Positions 39,271 to 49,829 of a DNA stretch of 64,000 nucleotides are shown here, piece after piece. The first letter of the stretch is position 1. The number at the start of each line of letters is the position of its first letter. Below the pieces are notes generated by a model that had not been told where the DNA came from, made no database searches, and saw nothing but the letters and a program-made list of their open reading frames with translations. The DNA comes from Escherichia coli O127:H6 str. E2348/69 (lineage in GTDB: Bacteria; Pseudomonadota; Gammaproteobacteria; Enterobacterales; Enterobacteriaceae): assembly GCF_000026545.1 (NCBI RefSeq), contig NC_011601.1. One strand, 5' to 3'. A program made the position numbers and the translations under genes.

Positions 39271-39891
39271 TTACCCTTTCTTCGATTGCTCATAGGCAGC
39301 TAAATGATCTTTTAGTGCCTGTGCAAGGGGCGGTAGTCCACCAGGCCCGGATGCCTGTCCACTTGTCGGTGGCGGTGGTGCCTGACGGGTTGGCTTAAAG
39401 CTTACAGTCTCAGACGCTTTCGATAGTTCATAGGCAGCTAAATGATCTTTTAATGCCTGTGCAATGGGCGGTAAAGGTCGGGATGCCCCGGATGCCTGTC
39501 CACTTGTCGGTGGCGGCGGTGCCGGACGGGTTGGCTTAAAGTTTACAGTCTCAGACGCTTTCGATAGTTCATAGGCAGCTAAATGATCTTTTAATGCCTG
39601 TGCAATGGGCGGTAAAGGTCGGGATGCCCCGGATGCCTGTCCACTTGTCGGTGGCGGCGGTGCCGGACGAGAGGGAGTAAATGAAGTCACCTGGCTGCTC
39701 ACATTAAAAATCGTCCTCGCATTAACATTCGACGAACCTGGAGAAAAGGGGGAATGAACTCTCACCGGAGTAAGACGAACAGCCTGAGGGGCTACAGAAA
39801 ATCCAGTTCCCCCCGCAGAGCTCACTCGACTTGCGATACCTACAAGCTGCCGCCCTAGTGTAGAAGCAGCGTTACTAATTCCATTAAGCAT
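39271..39891 (-). CDS. espF: T3SS effector EspF, 206 aa, three proline-rich repeats
   Basis: MLNGISNAASTLGRQLVGIASRVSSAGGTGFSVAPQAVRLTPV... is followed by 3 x RPAPPPPTSGQASGASRPLPPIAQALKDHLAAYE. Confidence 0.95.
   Translation of the reverse strand: MLNGISNAASTLGRQLVGIASRVSSAGGTGFSVAPQAVRLTPVRVHSPFSPGSSNVNARTIFNVSSQVTSFTPSRPAPPPPTSGQASGASRPLPPIAQALKDHLAAYELSKASETVNFKPTRPAPPPPTSGQASGASRPLPPIAQALKDHLAAYELSKASETVSFKPTRQAPPPPTSGQASGPGGLPPLAQALKDHLAAYEQSKKG
39289..39672. repeat. Tandem coding repeats of espF (138 + 141 + about 105 bp)
   Basis: The unit starting TTCATAGGCAGCTAAATGATC recurs at 39289, 39427 and 39568 (period 141 bp) and encodes the EspF PRR modules. Confidence 0.9.
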
Positions 39892-39975
39892 AATTTATGC
39901 CTCTTTATATCTAATCTTGGCTAACTCTCATATATATCAAAACGAATAATAAAATGATTTTTAAATCAAAATAAA

Positions 39976-40254
39976 TTAAAATCCTCGTACCCAACCACTA
40001 ACATTCTCATGGAACAAACTGTACAATAACTGACTCGACTCATCATCCATACAGCCCTCCAAAGCCTTTATCGCATCATTTTTTCTATTTAATCCAAATA
40101 AGATAATAAATTCTAAATGTGCGATATCTTTTTTATCAGGTATAATTTGTGGGAATACATTCAGGATAGCTTCCGCATATTTGGGAAGCTTATGGTTTGC
40201 CGCAGCTACAGCCGCCCACACCAGTATCTTATTAGCAGAAATATCATTAACCAT
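39976..40254 (-). CDS. escG: T3SS needle co-chaperone EscG (Orf29), 92 aa
   Basis: Size and position between espF and escF match the canonical LEE4 order. Confidence 0.8.
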   Translation of the reverse strand: MVNDISANKILVWAAVAAANHKLPKYAEAILNVFPQIIPDKKDIAHLEFIILFGLNRKNDAIKALEGCMDDESSQLLYSLFHENVSGWVRGF

Positions 40255-40259
40255 AAAAA

Positions 40260-40481
40260 TTAAAAACTACGGTTAGAAATGGTTGAGACCAGATCTTTTA
40301 TCGTTTTCAACATTCCACTTTCTACGTTAACATAAGCAGAATATTGCTGAACCGCAAACTGCAACTCTAACATTTTTTCAGGGTCATTAACCAAATCGGT
40401 GCTATTAAGTAACTCTGGCACAGAATCGCTCAGCGTTTTACCTACTTCACCCATTTGTTGAGTAATTTCAGATAAATTCAT
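40260..40481 (-). CDS. escF: T3SS needle protein EscF, 73 aa
   Basis: MNLSEITQQMGEVGKTLSDSVPELLNSTDLVNDPEKMLELQFAVQQYSAYVNVESGMLKTIKDLVSTI... belongs to the MxiH/PrgI needle family. Confidence 0.95.
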   Translation of the reverse strand: MNLSEITQQMGEVGKTLSDSVPELLNSTDLVNDPEKMLELQFAVQQYSAYVNVESGMLKTIKDLVSTISNRSF

Positions 40482-40517
40482 TAAATTTCCCTCAGAAGTT
40501 AATAAAATAATTTTTTT

Positions 40518-40925
40518 TTAACTATTTACGTTCATTACGAACCAAATTCCGTCTTCTGTTTCTTGCTGCACGGCACCCTTTCTGATGAAGTAATTAAACA
40601 ACTCTTCGCGCTTTTGACGTTCTGAATCTGAACCAATCTTAGATTTCATCGCACTGATTTTCTTAATACCCGAAAAGTGGTGATACAACTCTTCGAGCAA
40701 ACGAGTCAGTGATAAAACAGGGCCGTTAAGCCCTGTTTGGTTACGTGCTTCAAAAGAGCACAAAATCAGTTCTTGTTCATCCAGTCTGTACGCTAATGAA
40801 AAAAAAGGTGTCTCAATCCGCCATCCGATAAAAAAGGCACTGCCACAAAGAAACTCCTTCTGTATTGTGTACCCTTTTTGTTCAAGATAGTAATTAAACA
40901 CTTCATCATTAAACGTATCGACCAT
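40518..40925 (-). CDS. cesD2: EspD chaperone CesD2, about 135 aa
   Basis: Position between escF and espB fits. The track ORF extends 2 codons further (to 40931), so the start is uncertain. Confidence 0.85.
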   Translation of the reverse strand: MVDTFNDEVFNYYLEQKGYTIQKEFLCGSAFFIGWRIETPFFSLAYRLDEQELILCSFEARNQTGLNGPVLSLTRLLEELYHHFSGIKKISAMKSKIGSDSERQKREELFNYFIRKGAVQQETEDGIWFVMNVNS

Positions 40926-40931
40926 GATCAA

Positions 40932-41897
40932 TTACCCAGCTAAGCGAGCCGCTTGCCCCATGCGATTAATAAGGTCAGTAAGATCACGGGCTGTCGTTGT
41001 CATATCACGTAGACGGCTAGAGATATCATCCTGCGCTCTGCGAACATCCTGTTTGTAGGTATCTAAATTCGACGCCTGAAGATTTTCTACAGATTTAGCA
41101 CGCTGCTCATTGATATCATGATTGGACTTGACAGATTCAGATATCGTTGTTGGCAATGTTTTCGTACCTTCAGCAAGGCTGGTAACAACAATAAATGGCG
41201 TTGAACCGGAAATCCTTCCGGCAGCAGCAGTAAAGCGACTTAATAATCCTGCCTTCTGTGCTAATTCTTGAGCAGCATCAGCAGCCTCTTCAGCTACCTG
41301 AGAAGCTTTCTGAGCCGAAGTAGCAACATCATCAGTGATACCGGATGTACGACTGGCCGCTTTTGCAGCTGTCGCGATAGTTTGCTGCATTGCGCCAGCT
41401 GCATCATCTGCTGCATCTGCAATACCTTCGGAAGCCTTCGCCAGTGCTTTAGTTGAAGCTTCAGAGACTGTACCGATAGACTTCGCAGAAGTAGAAGCGG
41501 CTTGCTGAGCGACATCACTCGCGCCTTTAGTTGCGCTATTAATGGCAGCAAAAGAGCCTAAAATCCCCAGGACAGATGAGATAGCACCACCAATCAGAGC
41601 GGCTGTCGCACCGGCTTTTTTCTCATCAATAGCTTTATTTTGGCTCTCAAAAACGGCTTTTTGGATGTCATAGCTTTGCGCCAATTGCTTCTGAAGATAA
41701 TCTTGCAATGTGGTGACCATCTCACGCAACAGTTTTTGAACCTCCAGCAGAAGTTTAGAAATATCCACTCTGCCATCAGTAAGTAAAGATGAACTGATTG
41801 ACGAAGTTGATGTAGTTGTTGAACTGGTGCTGTCAGTCGTGCTGCTCAAAACAGAATTAACTGCGATTGCCGCATTGTTATTATCGATAGTATTCAT
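40932..41897 (-). CDS. espB: T3SS translocator EspB, 321 aa
   Basis: MNTIDNNNAAIAVNSVLSSTTDSTSSTTTSTSSISSSLLTDGRVDISKLLLEVQKLLREM... Confidence 0.95.
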   Translation of the reverse strand: MNTIDNNNAAIAVNSVLSSTTDSTSSTTTSTSSISSSLLTDGRVDISKLLLEVQKLLREMVTTLQDYLQKQLAQSYDIQKAVFESQNKAIDEKKAGATAALIGGAISSVLGILGSFAAINSATKGASDVAQQAASTSAKSIGTVSEASTKALAKASEGIADAADDAAGAMQQTIATAAKAASRTSGITDDVATSAQKASQVAEEAADAAQELAQKAGLLSRFTAAAGRISGSTPFIVVTSLAEGTKTLPTTISESVKSNHDINEQRAKSVENLQASNLDTYKQDVRRAQDDISSRLRDMTTTARDLTDLINRMGQAARLAG

Positions 41898-41917
41898 AAT
41901 AAACGCCTCTTTAATAA

Positions 41918-43060
41918 TTAAACTCGACCGCTGACAATACGGATATTCACTCGCGCAGAATCAGACATCAGCTGAGAAGCACTCTGTATATAATTCGCCT
42001 GGTTTTGCAGCTCGAGAGTAGCTTTTTCCAGCTCTGCCTTCGCACTCTGACTTAAGTACTCACTTTGTCGAGTTAAATTTTCCACAGCAAAAGCAGAAAC
42101 CTGTGATAACACATTATAATACGCTGCGTCATTATTCAGCACAGTTGTACCAATAGAGCGCGAAGAAGTAGTTAAACCATTTGCCACTGCCGAAATTTTC
42201 GATGCAACATTATCAACAAAAGTGTCGGCCAGCGTAGTGACTACTTTTACGATGTTTGAACCAACTTTGTTAGCGACATCGCCAACTTTAGATATAAGTG
42301 AAGACACCCCGCCAATGCCGGCTGTCAGAATACCTGCGGCAAGAGATAGACCGCCAAAAGCTTGCGCTGCTGTTTTTAACGCCTGTGGAGCATCATCGCC
42401 CATAACATCAACTGCAGTTTGCAGTGCCATTGCTGTTGCACTAATAGCAACAACAGCCCAGAGTGCCGGGTTAAAAATAGCTGCAATAGCAGTTGCTGCA
42501 ACCCCTAACCAACCAAAGACCTGACCAACAATTTTACTTTTTTGTGCTTTCTCTTCGGCTTTTTGTTGTTCTTCGAGCTGCTTTTTAAACTCCAGCGTTT
42601 TATTATCCAGCGCTTTATTTTGTCCATCCGCGTAGATCTCGTTGGAGTTTTTCATACTCGCAACTCTCTGCGCTGAGGCATCCAGGGATAACAGAGTGGC
42701 CATCATCATCATGGCCTGAGGGTCAACGTTATTCACCTGAGAAAGATAAGGATAGCCAGAGCTTGCATTCTGAGTGCTGCGCTGTGGTTCTGTTCCCTCT
42801 GTTCGACTCGTAACTTCACCACTAATACCACCAAACAGCTTACTCAGGACATCCTCAGCAGCAGAGGGCGTCACTAATGAGTGACCTGCCGGTGGCGTTG
42901 GTAAAGCGGTACTTTCTGTCCAACTTGCTGATGGGGCCGTGGATTTAACCAGTTGTAAATCCAGCGCGGAAGTCACTTCAGACTGATTAATACCTGAAGT
43001 AGCCGTAGCAGCACTGGCTCCAGACCTCACAGACTGGATATCGTTATTTACATTAAGCAT
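41918..43060 (-). CDS. espD: T3SS translocator EspD, 380 aa
   Basis: MLNVNNDIQSVRSGASAATATSGINQSEVTSALDLQLVKSTAPSASW... has central hydrophobic segments. Confidence 0.95.
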   Translation of the reverse strand: MLNVNNDIQSVRSGASAATATSGINQSEVTSALDLQLVKSTAPSASWTESTALPTPPAGHSLVTPSAAEDVLSKLFGGISGEVTSRTEGTEPQRSTQNASSGYPYLSQVNNVDPQAMMMMATLLSLDASAQRVASMKNSNEIYADGQNKALDNKTLEFKKQLEEQQKAEEKAQKSKIVGQVFGWLGVAATAIAAIFNPALWAVVAISATAMALQTAVDVMGDDAPQALKTAAQAFGGLSLAAGILTAGIGGVSSLISKVGDVANKVGSNIVKVVTTLADTFVDNVASKISAVANGLTTSSRSIGTTVLNNDAAYYNVLSQVSAFAVENLTRQSEYLSQSAKAELEKATLELQNQANYIQSASQLMSDSARVNIRIVSGRV

Positions 43061-43072
43061 AGTTATCTCCGG

Positions 43073-43651
43073 TTATTTACCAAGGGATATTCCTGAAATA
43101 GTTCTATATTGCAGTGACTGCATATCAGAACGTGCACTCGTTAATAGGTTTAACGTATTTGACATTTGCTGTATTTCAAGCTGGCTATTATTGACCGTCG
43201 TTGTCAAATTATTCGCTTTAGCTGAAATAGCTGCTTTCACCGTTTGCAAATCACCAGCGCCTAATTGAGCATTTATATTGTCAATACCACTTATTGTAAT
43301 GTCATTGCGAGGATCATTTATATATGAAATCACTTCATCAGGAAGTTGAGCTTTCGCATTCTTGTCAGAGCTACTCTGAACGTCAGCAATTTTAGCATCT
43401 ACAAGATTAGCCATTTTTTGGGCAGTGGTTGACTCCTTAGATGCCTCATTCATATCAGCAAACTTTGCAATCGACAGATCGCTTTGTGCCTGATACATAT
43501 AGGCAAACATGAGAATTGCAGCCTGAAAAACACCGAGTTTATTAAATAGATCAATAACGTCATCTTTCGACATGCTCCCTAAATCATAGGCCATTGATGT
43601 CGAAGTACTCGCATTCGCACTAGCAACTGATGCTGTAGTTGATGTATCCAT
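43073..43651 (-). CDS. espA: T3SS filament protein EspA, 192 aa
   Basis: MDTSTTASVASANASTSTSMAYDLGSMSKDDVIDLFNKLGVFQAAILMFAYMYQAQSDL... Confidence 0.95.
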   Translation of the reverse strand: MDTSTTASVASANASTSTSMAYDLGSMSKDDVIDLFNKLGVFQAAILMFAYMYQAQSDLSIAKFADMNEASKESTTAQKMANLVDAKIADVQSSSDKNAKAQLPDEVISYINDPRNDITISGIDNINAQLGAGDLQTVKAAISAKANNLTTTVNNSQLEIQQMSNTLNLLTSARSDMQSLQYRTISGISLGK

Positions 43652-43707
43652 GTATATACCTCTTCATAATCTTTCTTAGCATGACAAAAACTATAAAAAA
43701 AACAATA

Positions 43708-44763
43708 TCACATAACATCCTCCTTATAATCTATCACTTTACCAATCATTAATAATGTATTACTCCTCTGCTCGTTATCAATAAAACAAGCATCAGGTAA
43801 TGATGCAAAAAATTCTTTCAATAAATGGAAATAATAAACATGTTTATCTTCGACAATCGATACCCGAGAAGGGCTCTCCAGTAGCCAGTCTTCTGTTAAC
43901 CATACATGTTCAATAATAGATAGCATTTCATTTAAAATGACATCTTTATCTTTCTTAATGGAGATTGCAATAATATCCGTATAGTTATTAAGTGATAAAA
44001 AAATGATTATCCGACATAAATCACTAATAATTGAAGATGTTCTTACCTTGTCTTCAAAAGAAGACATATAAGACAGATCGAACGATAGCGCCCTAATAAT
44101 AACCTTTAAGTGCTTTTCACGCTCAGGAAGATCCTTAATCTCCATAAACCAGTCAAGTAAAGAGGCGCCATTTTCAGAATCCTCATCCTTAGCCTTTTCA
44201 TAAAGCTTCTTGATCTTCTGGATACCTTCCTGGTTTAACTCACCCACCCCTAACCAGGAAAGCAGAGCCAGCTCCCAATCGTCTTCGCCTAATAAATCCA
44301 ATAATAATTTGGCGTATTTCTTTTTTAATTCAATCTTAACGAATTTAGATTGTAATAAAGAAGATATTAGCGCAACAATTTCCCCCTTTGGCATGTTGCC
44401 AAACATCGCCAAAGTAGGATCGTGTTGTTCCAGCAACCCGCTGTTTTTTAATGATAGTTCTTTTATTTTATCACTATCGGTAAGAGTAAGCAGCTCTTGC
44501 ATTTCATTGAGCAGCTTCTCGATTGTCGTGCCTTCCTCTTCTTTCCTTGCGCTACCTTTGCGATATCCCAGGCTTAGCCCTTCAATCGTTTCAGAAAGCG
44601 ATGAGCTAGTAATCATTGCTAATTCATTTTGCAAATTTATTAATGGCGAAGAAGTATTAGAAGAATTTTTTTGCGTTAATTGCTGAGATTCTAATTCAAA
44701 ATCTAATGAATTAGAATTAAAAACAGATGCGGGGTTTTGATTAAATTCAATACCATTAGCCAT
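43708..44763 (-). CDS. sepL: T3SS gatekeeper SepL, 351 aa
   Basis: It is the first gene of LEE4, with the correct size and position. The sequence is MANGIEFNQNPASVFNSNSLDFELESQQLTQ... Confidence 0.9.
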   Translation of the reverse strand: MANGIEFNQNPASVFNSNSLDFELESQQLTQKNSSNTSSPLINLQNELAMITSSSLSETIEGLSLGYRKGSARKEEEGTTIEKLLNEMQELLTLTDSDKIKELSLKNSGLLEQHDPTLAMFGNMPKGEIVALISSLLQSKFVKIELKKKYAKLLLDLLGEDDWELALLSWLGVGELNQEGIQKIKKLYEKAKDEDSENGASLLDWFMEIKDLPEREKHLKVIIRALSFDLSYMSSFEDKVRTSSIISDLCRIIIFLSLNNYTDIIAISIKKDKDVILNEMLSIIEHVWLTEDWLLESPSRVSIVEDKHVYYFHLLKEFFASLPDACFIDNEQRSNTLLMIGKVIDYKEDVM

Positions 44764-44905
44764 TGGAAACTCACGTAATCATTAATTATGAATATTCCAT
44801 TAAATAGTACTGTACAACAGCTTCCTTTCTACTCTATTCTTAGACGATGTAAGTTCACCATATTTTTTCTCATTGTTCAACCACCAGGATGAATAAAATT
44901 TAAAA
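44764..44905. promoter_or_regulatory. Divergent sepL (LEE4) / escD promoter region
   Basis: It is a 142-bp AT-rich gap between divergent starts. Known LEE architecture places the LEE4 promoter here. Confidence 0.5.
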
Positions 44906-46126
44906 ATGTTATCCTCATATAAAATAAAACTTCTCAATGGTGCGATGCGTAATCGGGAATTACAACTTCCGATGGGAAACCTAACGCTAGGTACGGAAGA
45001 TAACGATATTGTTTACTTTCCTCTTGAACAAGGCCTCAATCAGTTTTTACTTGATATACGTGAGGAAGGTGTTTTCCTTTTATCTCCGGTTGAATTTTGG
45101 ATTGATGGGCAACCCACGCCCTATGAAGCAGATAAACCATTACCTGTCGGAAAGATTATTGATATAGCGGGATGTTGCTTCATCATTGGTGATATTGACC
45201 ATTCCTTGCCATTGTCTGATGTGCCAGAAAGGTTTTCTGCCAAAAATCAACGCAAAAAACGCCTTATCCTGGCGAGCGTGATTGGTGCTACTTTTGCGTT
45301 GTCTGGTGCCATCGGCAGTTACGTTTTGCTTTCCCCAAAAGCTGAACCCCCAACGTTTACCAGAGCTGATGTATATCAGCAGCTAAAAGAAAACAAACTT
45401 CATGCAATCACTCTGGTATGGCATGGAAAAAATATCGCGCTTTATGGGCGTTGCGAATCAACCACGGATTTAACTCCATTTTTTAATTACCTGAAAGAAA
45501 AAAATATTTTTTATTACAATAAAATCATTTGCAATAACCAAATCATATCCGCAATTAATGATGTCTTAACGGAATACGGTTACAAAGATATCATTATTAC
45601 AAAAGGTAATAAGCCTGGGTTCTTTCTGTTATCGGGATACATTCCCCCTTCACCCAAATGGAGCGAGGTTGAAAATCTGTTACTGAATACGCCAGGGGTT
45701 GCAGGATGGGAAATACACAACAACAGTAACAATAAAATCAATGAACTGGCATCAGAGTTTAAAAAGAATAAACTAATAAACTATGTCAATATTTTCAAAA
45801 AGAATGATGTCATCATTGTCGCGGGGGAAGTTTCTCAACAGAACGAGAGTAAGATCCTTGCCATTATAAATGCAATGAACAAAAATAGTAACGTCAAGAT
45901 ACTCTTTCAGAACATTCAGCCGTACATTTCAGCAGATATTTTTCCCGGAAAAATACTCAGAATCAGCGGTACGATGAAGAATCCTACAATTGCTCTTGAT
46001 AATGGTACCAGCCTCGGGATTGGTAGCATTCTGAAAGGAGGCTATGTCATCGACGCAATTGATCCTAAAGATGGTATCAACATCTCCCGCCCAGACGAAT
46101 ATATACATATTCCACTGTCGTATTAA
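44906..46126 (+). CDS. escD: T3SS inner-membrane ring protein EscD, 406 aa
   Basis: It has an N-terminal FHA-like region and a single TM (ILASVIGATFALSGAIGSYVLL), in the canonical position. Confidence 0.9.
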   Translation: MLSSYKIKLLNGAMRNRELQLPMGNLTLGTEDNDIVYFPLEQGLNQFLLDIREEGVFLLSPVEFWIDGQPTPYEADKPLPVGKIIDIAGCCFIIGDIDHSLPLSDVPERFSAKNQRKKRLILASVIGATFALSGAIGSYVLLSPKAEPPTFTRADVYQQLKENKLHAITLVWHGKNIALYGRCESTTDLTPFFNYLKEKNIFYYNKIICNNQIISAINDVLTEYGYKDIIITKGNKPGFFLLSGYIPPSPKWSEVENLLLNTPGVAGWEIHNNSNNKINELASEFKKNKLINYVNIFKKNDVIIVAGEVSQQNESKILAIINAMNKNSNVKILFQNIQPYISADIFPGKILRISGTMKNPTIALDNGTSLGIGSILKGGYVIDAIDPKDGINISRPDEYIHIPLSY

Positions 46127-46142
46127 TTTCTTATCCTCTTCC

Positions 46143-46162
46143 CCCTCTTCGGAGGGTTTTTT
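46143..46162 (+). terminator. Rho-independent terminator of escD
   Basis: CCCTC-TTCG-GAGGG is followed by T6. Confidence 0.75.
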
Positions 46163-46284
46163 ATTGTGTGGATGTTATAGATATAGTCTTCATGATGTCA
46201 AATTATTGGGTGGAGAGAAAAGCTAGCTAGAGACTTGATTACCAGGATACAACTCGAAAGGTGCTAATATAGAATATATCGCAT

Positions 46285-46320
46285 AAAAATGTCCGACTAA
46301 AAGATACATTTTAGCCGGAC
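46285..46320 (-). terminator. Putative terminator of eae
   Basis: The inverted repeat GTCCGACTAAAA / TTTTAGCCGGAC lies 23 nt downstream of the eae stop and is followed on the minus strand by a T-rich run. Confidence 0.55.
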
Positions 46321-46342
46321 AATGATTAGATATTTATTAAAT

Positions 46343-49162
46343 TTATTTTACACAAGTGGCATAAGCATTAGATTCACTAGCCTTAATATTATTCAGAGGG
46401 TTTTGTTTAACTAAATCGTATGTACTTGCAACACCACTCTTCGCATCTTGAGCTGTTTGTTGTACCCATGAAATTATAGTCTGACTAGACTTATAATATT
46501 CATATTTATTTGCAGCCCCCCATGCTTTAAAGACATTTTCCAGTTCATTCTGAGAAGACGGCAACTTTCCTCCAAAATTCTTACATGTATTCACAGCATC
46601 ATTATAGGTCACACGCTTGCTCATATTAGGAACAATCAGACTATTAGGTGTTGCAATAGTATAAGTTGCAGTTTGATTATCACTTGAGATAACGGAAATA
46701 GTTGTAGTTCCCTTCTCTTTTAAGGTGACCTGACCAGAAGAAGCATCCACCGAAGCAATTGCTGGATTTGCTGAGCGCCATGTATATTTTCCGTTACCTC
46801 CGCTGGCTTTCAGATTAACTTGACCATATTGCAACCATACAGTGGGTAACTTCCCTTTAACTCCGGTTCCAACAATTTCAATATTACCGTCATCAATTGT
46901 AAGCGTTGTAAAAAATTCAACTTCAGGTGCTTTGACATCAACGGCGACATCGCTAACACGGGCACTAACGAGTGATTTTCCTGGAGTTGTCGATGTTAAT
47001 GTTACTTTGGCATAGCCATTCGTATCCGTTTTTTCAGTGGAATTACTTAACTTACCTAAGGTCGTCGTAAAGGTCACTTCCTGATTAGATACAGGCTTAT
47101 CCCCCTTCATCACTTTAACAGTGTATGTAATAGCATCCTGACCATTTGCTACTGCCGTTGTTTTATCAGCCTTAATCTCAGTAATGCTGGCCTTGGTTTG
47201 ATCAACAAATATAACTGCATTGGCATTAAGCGCTGAAGTCATCTCTGCTGTTTTAGCAGACACGACGACCTGGCCTGGTTTATCCGATTTCAGGGTTACA
47301 GTCGCCTTACCGCTACCATTGGTATTGGCACTATTGGCACTTAAAACTGCAGTTCCTGAAACAATATTAAATGAAACAGGGACATTAGCCTGAGCTACCC
47401 CATTCTTTTTCACCGTCGCAGTATAAGTAATTGCTTCGGTGCCATCCGCTTTAGCCGAAGTCTTATCAGCCGTAAAGTCCGTTACCCCAACCTGGTCGAC
47501 CACCTGACCATTCGACAGAACGGTAATAGTAAGCAGTACATTGTTAGAGCTATTGCCATTACGGTCATAGGCGCGAGCCGTCACTTTATAAACATTGCTA
47601 CCACCTTGCACATAAGCAGGCAAAATAGCCTGGTAATCTTGTGCGCTTTGGCTTCCGCTATGCTGAATCTGGCCGCCCTGGCTACGTAATGCACTATCAT
47701 CCCAGACGATACGATCCAGACCGTATTTGCTCTTAACGATCAATTGAATCTTCTGCGTACTGCGTTCAGTACCATTAATATCATGCGGAATATTCAGAGA
47801 AAGAATATCCTGCTTTTTGTACTCCAGAATAATATTGTTATTACGCTGAACCAGATCGTAACGGCTGCCTGATAATGTTCTTAACTCGTTAACATATTGT
47901 GGCTCAATTTGCTGAGACCACGGTTTATCAAACTGATAACGGAACTGCATTGAGTAAAGGAGATCATTTTCATTACCCGTACCATGACGGTAATCGATCC
48001 CCATCGTCACCAGAGGAATCGGAGTATAGTTTACACCAACGGTCGCCGCACCAGGATTCGACTGCAGCTTATCAGAATTAAACAAAGCAACATTATCACC
48101 ATAATACTGCTCATACATCAGCTTGGCACCTAATGCCGGGTATGATGGCAGATAGCCATTAAAACGGATATCGAAGCCATTTGCTGGGCGCTCATCATAG
48201 TCTTTCTTATTGTATGACTCATGCCAGCCGCTCATGCGGAAATAGCCGTTAACACTACTTTTGAAATAGTCTCGCCAGTATTCGCCACCAATACCTAAAC
48301 GGGTATTATCACCAGAAAAATCCTGATCAATGAAGACGTTATAGCCCAACATATTTTCAGGAAGGAAAAAACGCTGACCCGCACCTAAATTTGCCGTAAA
48401 GCGGGAGTCAATGTAACGCGCTCCGACCTGACCAAATGCCAGCATTTTTTCGGAATCATAGAACGGTAATAAGAAGTCCAGTGAACTACCGTCAAAGTTA
48501 TTACCACTCTGCAGATTAACCTCTGCCGTTCCATAATGTTGTAACCAGGCCTGCAACTGTGACGAAGCCTGGTTACCAGCGATACCAAGAGCGGTATCTT
48601 TCGCGTAATCGCCGTTCAGAGATCGCGACTGAAGCTGGCTACCGAGACTCGCCGCCTGTTGTGCCGCATAATTTAATGCCTTGTCATCGGTCATGTTGCT
48701 TTTGGTCACGTCCGGGGACATTTTAGTCAGTTTATTTGTATGACCAGCGACACCACCTGCAGCAACAAGAGGTGCCGAACCTAAAAGTGGTAAGGCACTG
48801 TATTCAAAGGGAAGTTTTTTGAGTGGCAAAATGATCTGCTGACCAGGCGCGGCCTTCATCATTTCGCTTTCAGAACTGTATAAATGCTTATTCAACGACC
48901 AAATCGTCGATAAATTAATATCTTGCGATTTAGAAAGATCGGCAACAGTTTCACCTGTTTTCAACGTATAAAAAAGGCGATTCTGATAGCTATTATGAGT
49001 TAACAGTTTTGAATCCGAACCCAATTTAAAATAATTTTCACCATTTGCAAATGAATTCTGATTAACATAAAAAAACAATCCTAAACCAGCACTAAGCATA
49101 ATAAATGTTTTTTTTAGCTTATGCTTGTGCCGGGTCCGGGCATAAAAACCATGAGTAATCAT
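46343..49162 (-). CDS. eae: Intimin (alpha-type C-terminus), 939 aa
   Basis: MITHGFYARTRHKHKLKKTFIMLSAGLGLFFYVNQNSFANGENYFKLGSDSKLLTHNSYQNRLFYTLKTGETVADLSKSQDINLSTIWSLNKHLYSSESEMMKAAPGQQIILPLKKLPFEYSALP... has a LysM region, a beta-barrel, Big domains and a C-type lectin-like end ...NAYATCVK. The start is taken at MITHG. Confidence 0.95.
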   Translation of the reverse strand: MITHGFYARTRHKHKLKKTFIMLSAGLGLFFYVNQNSFANGENYFKLGSDSKLLTHNSYQNRLFYTLKTGETVADLSKSQDINLSTIWSLNKHLYSSESEMMKAAPGQQIILPLKKLPFEYSALPLLGSAPLVAAGGVAGHTNKLTKMSPDVTKSNMTDDKALNYAAQQAASLGSQLQSRSLNGDYAKDTALGIAGNQASSQLQAWLQHYGTAEVNLQSGNNFDGSSLDFLLPFYDSEKMLAFGQVGARYIDSRFTANLGAGQRFFLPENMLGYNVFIDQDFSGDNTRLGIGGEYWRDYFKSSVNGYFRMSGWHESYNKKDYDERPANGFDIRFNGYLPSYPALGAKLMYEQYYGDNVALFNSDKLQSNPGAATVGVNYTPIPLVTMGIDYRHGTGNENDLLYSMQFRYQFDKPWSQQIEPQYVNELRTLSGSRYDLVQRNNNIILEYKKQDILSLNIPHDINGTERSTQKIQLIVKSKYGLDRIVWDDSALRSQGGQIQHSGSQSAQDYQAILPAYVQGGSNVYKVTARAYDRNGNSSNNVLLTITVLSNGQVVDQVGVTDFTADKTSAKADGTEAITYTATVKKNGVAQANVPVSFNIVSGTAVLSANSANTNGSGKATVTLKSDKPGQVVVSAKTAEMTSALNANAVIFVDQTKASITEIKADKTTAVANGQDAITYTVKVMKGDKPVSNQEVTFTTTLGKLSNSTEKTDTNGYAKVTLTSTTPGKSLVSARVSDVAVDVKAPEVEFFTTLTIDDGNIEIVGTGVKGKLPTVWLQYGQVNLKASGGNGKYTWRSANPAIASVDASSGQVTLKEKGTTTISVISSDNQTATYTIATPNSLIVPNMSKRVTYNDAVNTCKNFGGKLPSSQNELENVFKAWGAANKYEYYKSSQTIISWVQQTAQDAKSGVASTYDLVKQNPLNNIKASESNAYATCVK

Positions 49163-49221
49163 GTTTGGGCTCCACCACAATGAGTTAGAATGAGTAGTAA
49201 ATTAATACTAATAAATAAGTT

Positions 49222-49692
49222 TTATCTTCCGGCGTAATAATGTTTATTATCGCTTGAGCTAATTTCCTCTATTTTCATATGTTCGTTTTCTAATGTTATT
49301 CCCTGATTATGTAATACCAAATACAGATTTTCCATCGACTTAACGACGACTTCTATTTCATTCTCAAGTTTTTCAGGGGTAGCATCATCGAGCGGGAAAC
49401 GTAACGCTAACAACAGCGATTGTGCTCCTGACTCATAACACAGGTATGGCCCACCATTCTCTGCAAACCATAAGTTTGCATTCAAAATCTCAAGAGCGAA
49501 GTTAGGGTTATCTGTCGGGAATTTTCCACAGACGCCATAAATCATCATATATTCGTCATTGGCATCAGATAACGAAATATAATAAATTTCATCAATAGCA
49601 AAAGAACACAATCTATTTTCATTAAAGGAAATAGATCCAACACCAATTTTTTCCGCAAACCTATCTAATAAAAGTTCAGATCTTGATGACAT
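49222..49692 (-). CDS. cesT: Tir/multi-effector chaperone CesT, 156 aa
   Basis: [58 protein letters not shown]... Confidence 0.95.
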
Positions 49693-49829
49693 TATAATTT
49701 CTCTTAATTGATTTATAATAACAGAAGTTCAAGAGTTACCCATGCTGCAACGTTGTTCTCTGAAACATTAACGCTAGTAAAACGCCCCCCCACCCCACCC
49801 CAACCTCAACTAAATACTCACAGATATAT

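Noticed and set aside
39289-39672. Regular 141-bp repeats as a possible CRISPR-like or minisatellite array
   Set aside because: They are in-frame coding repeats of EspF with no spacers, so this is not a CRISPR array.
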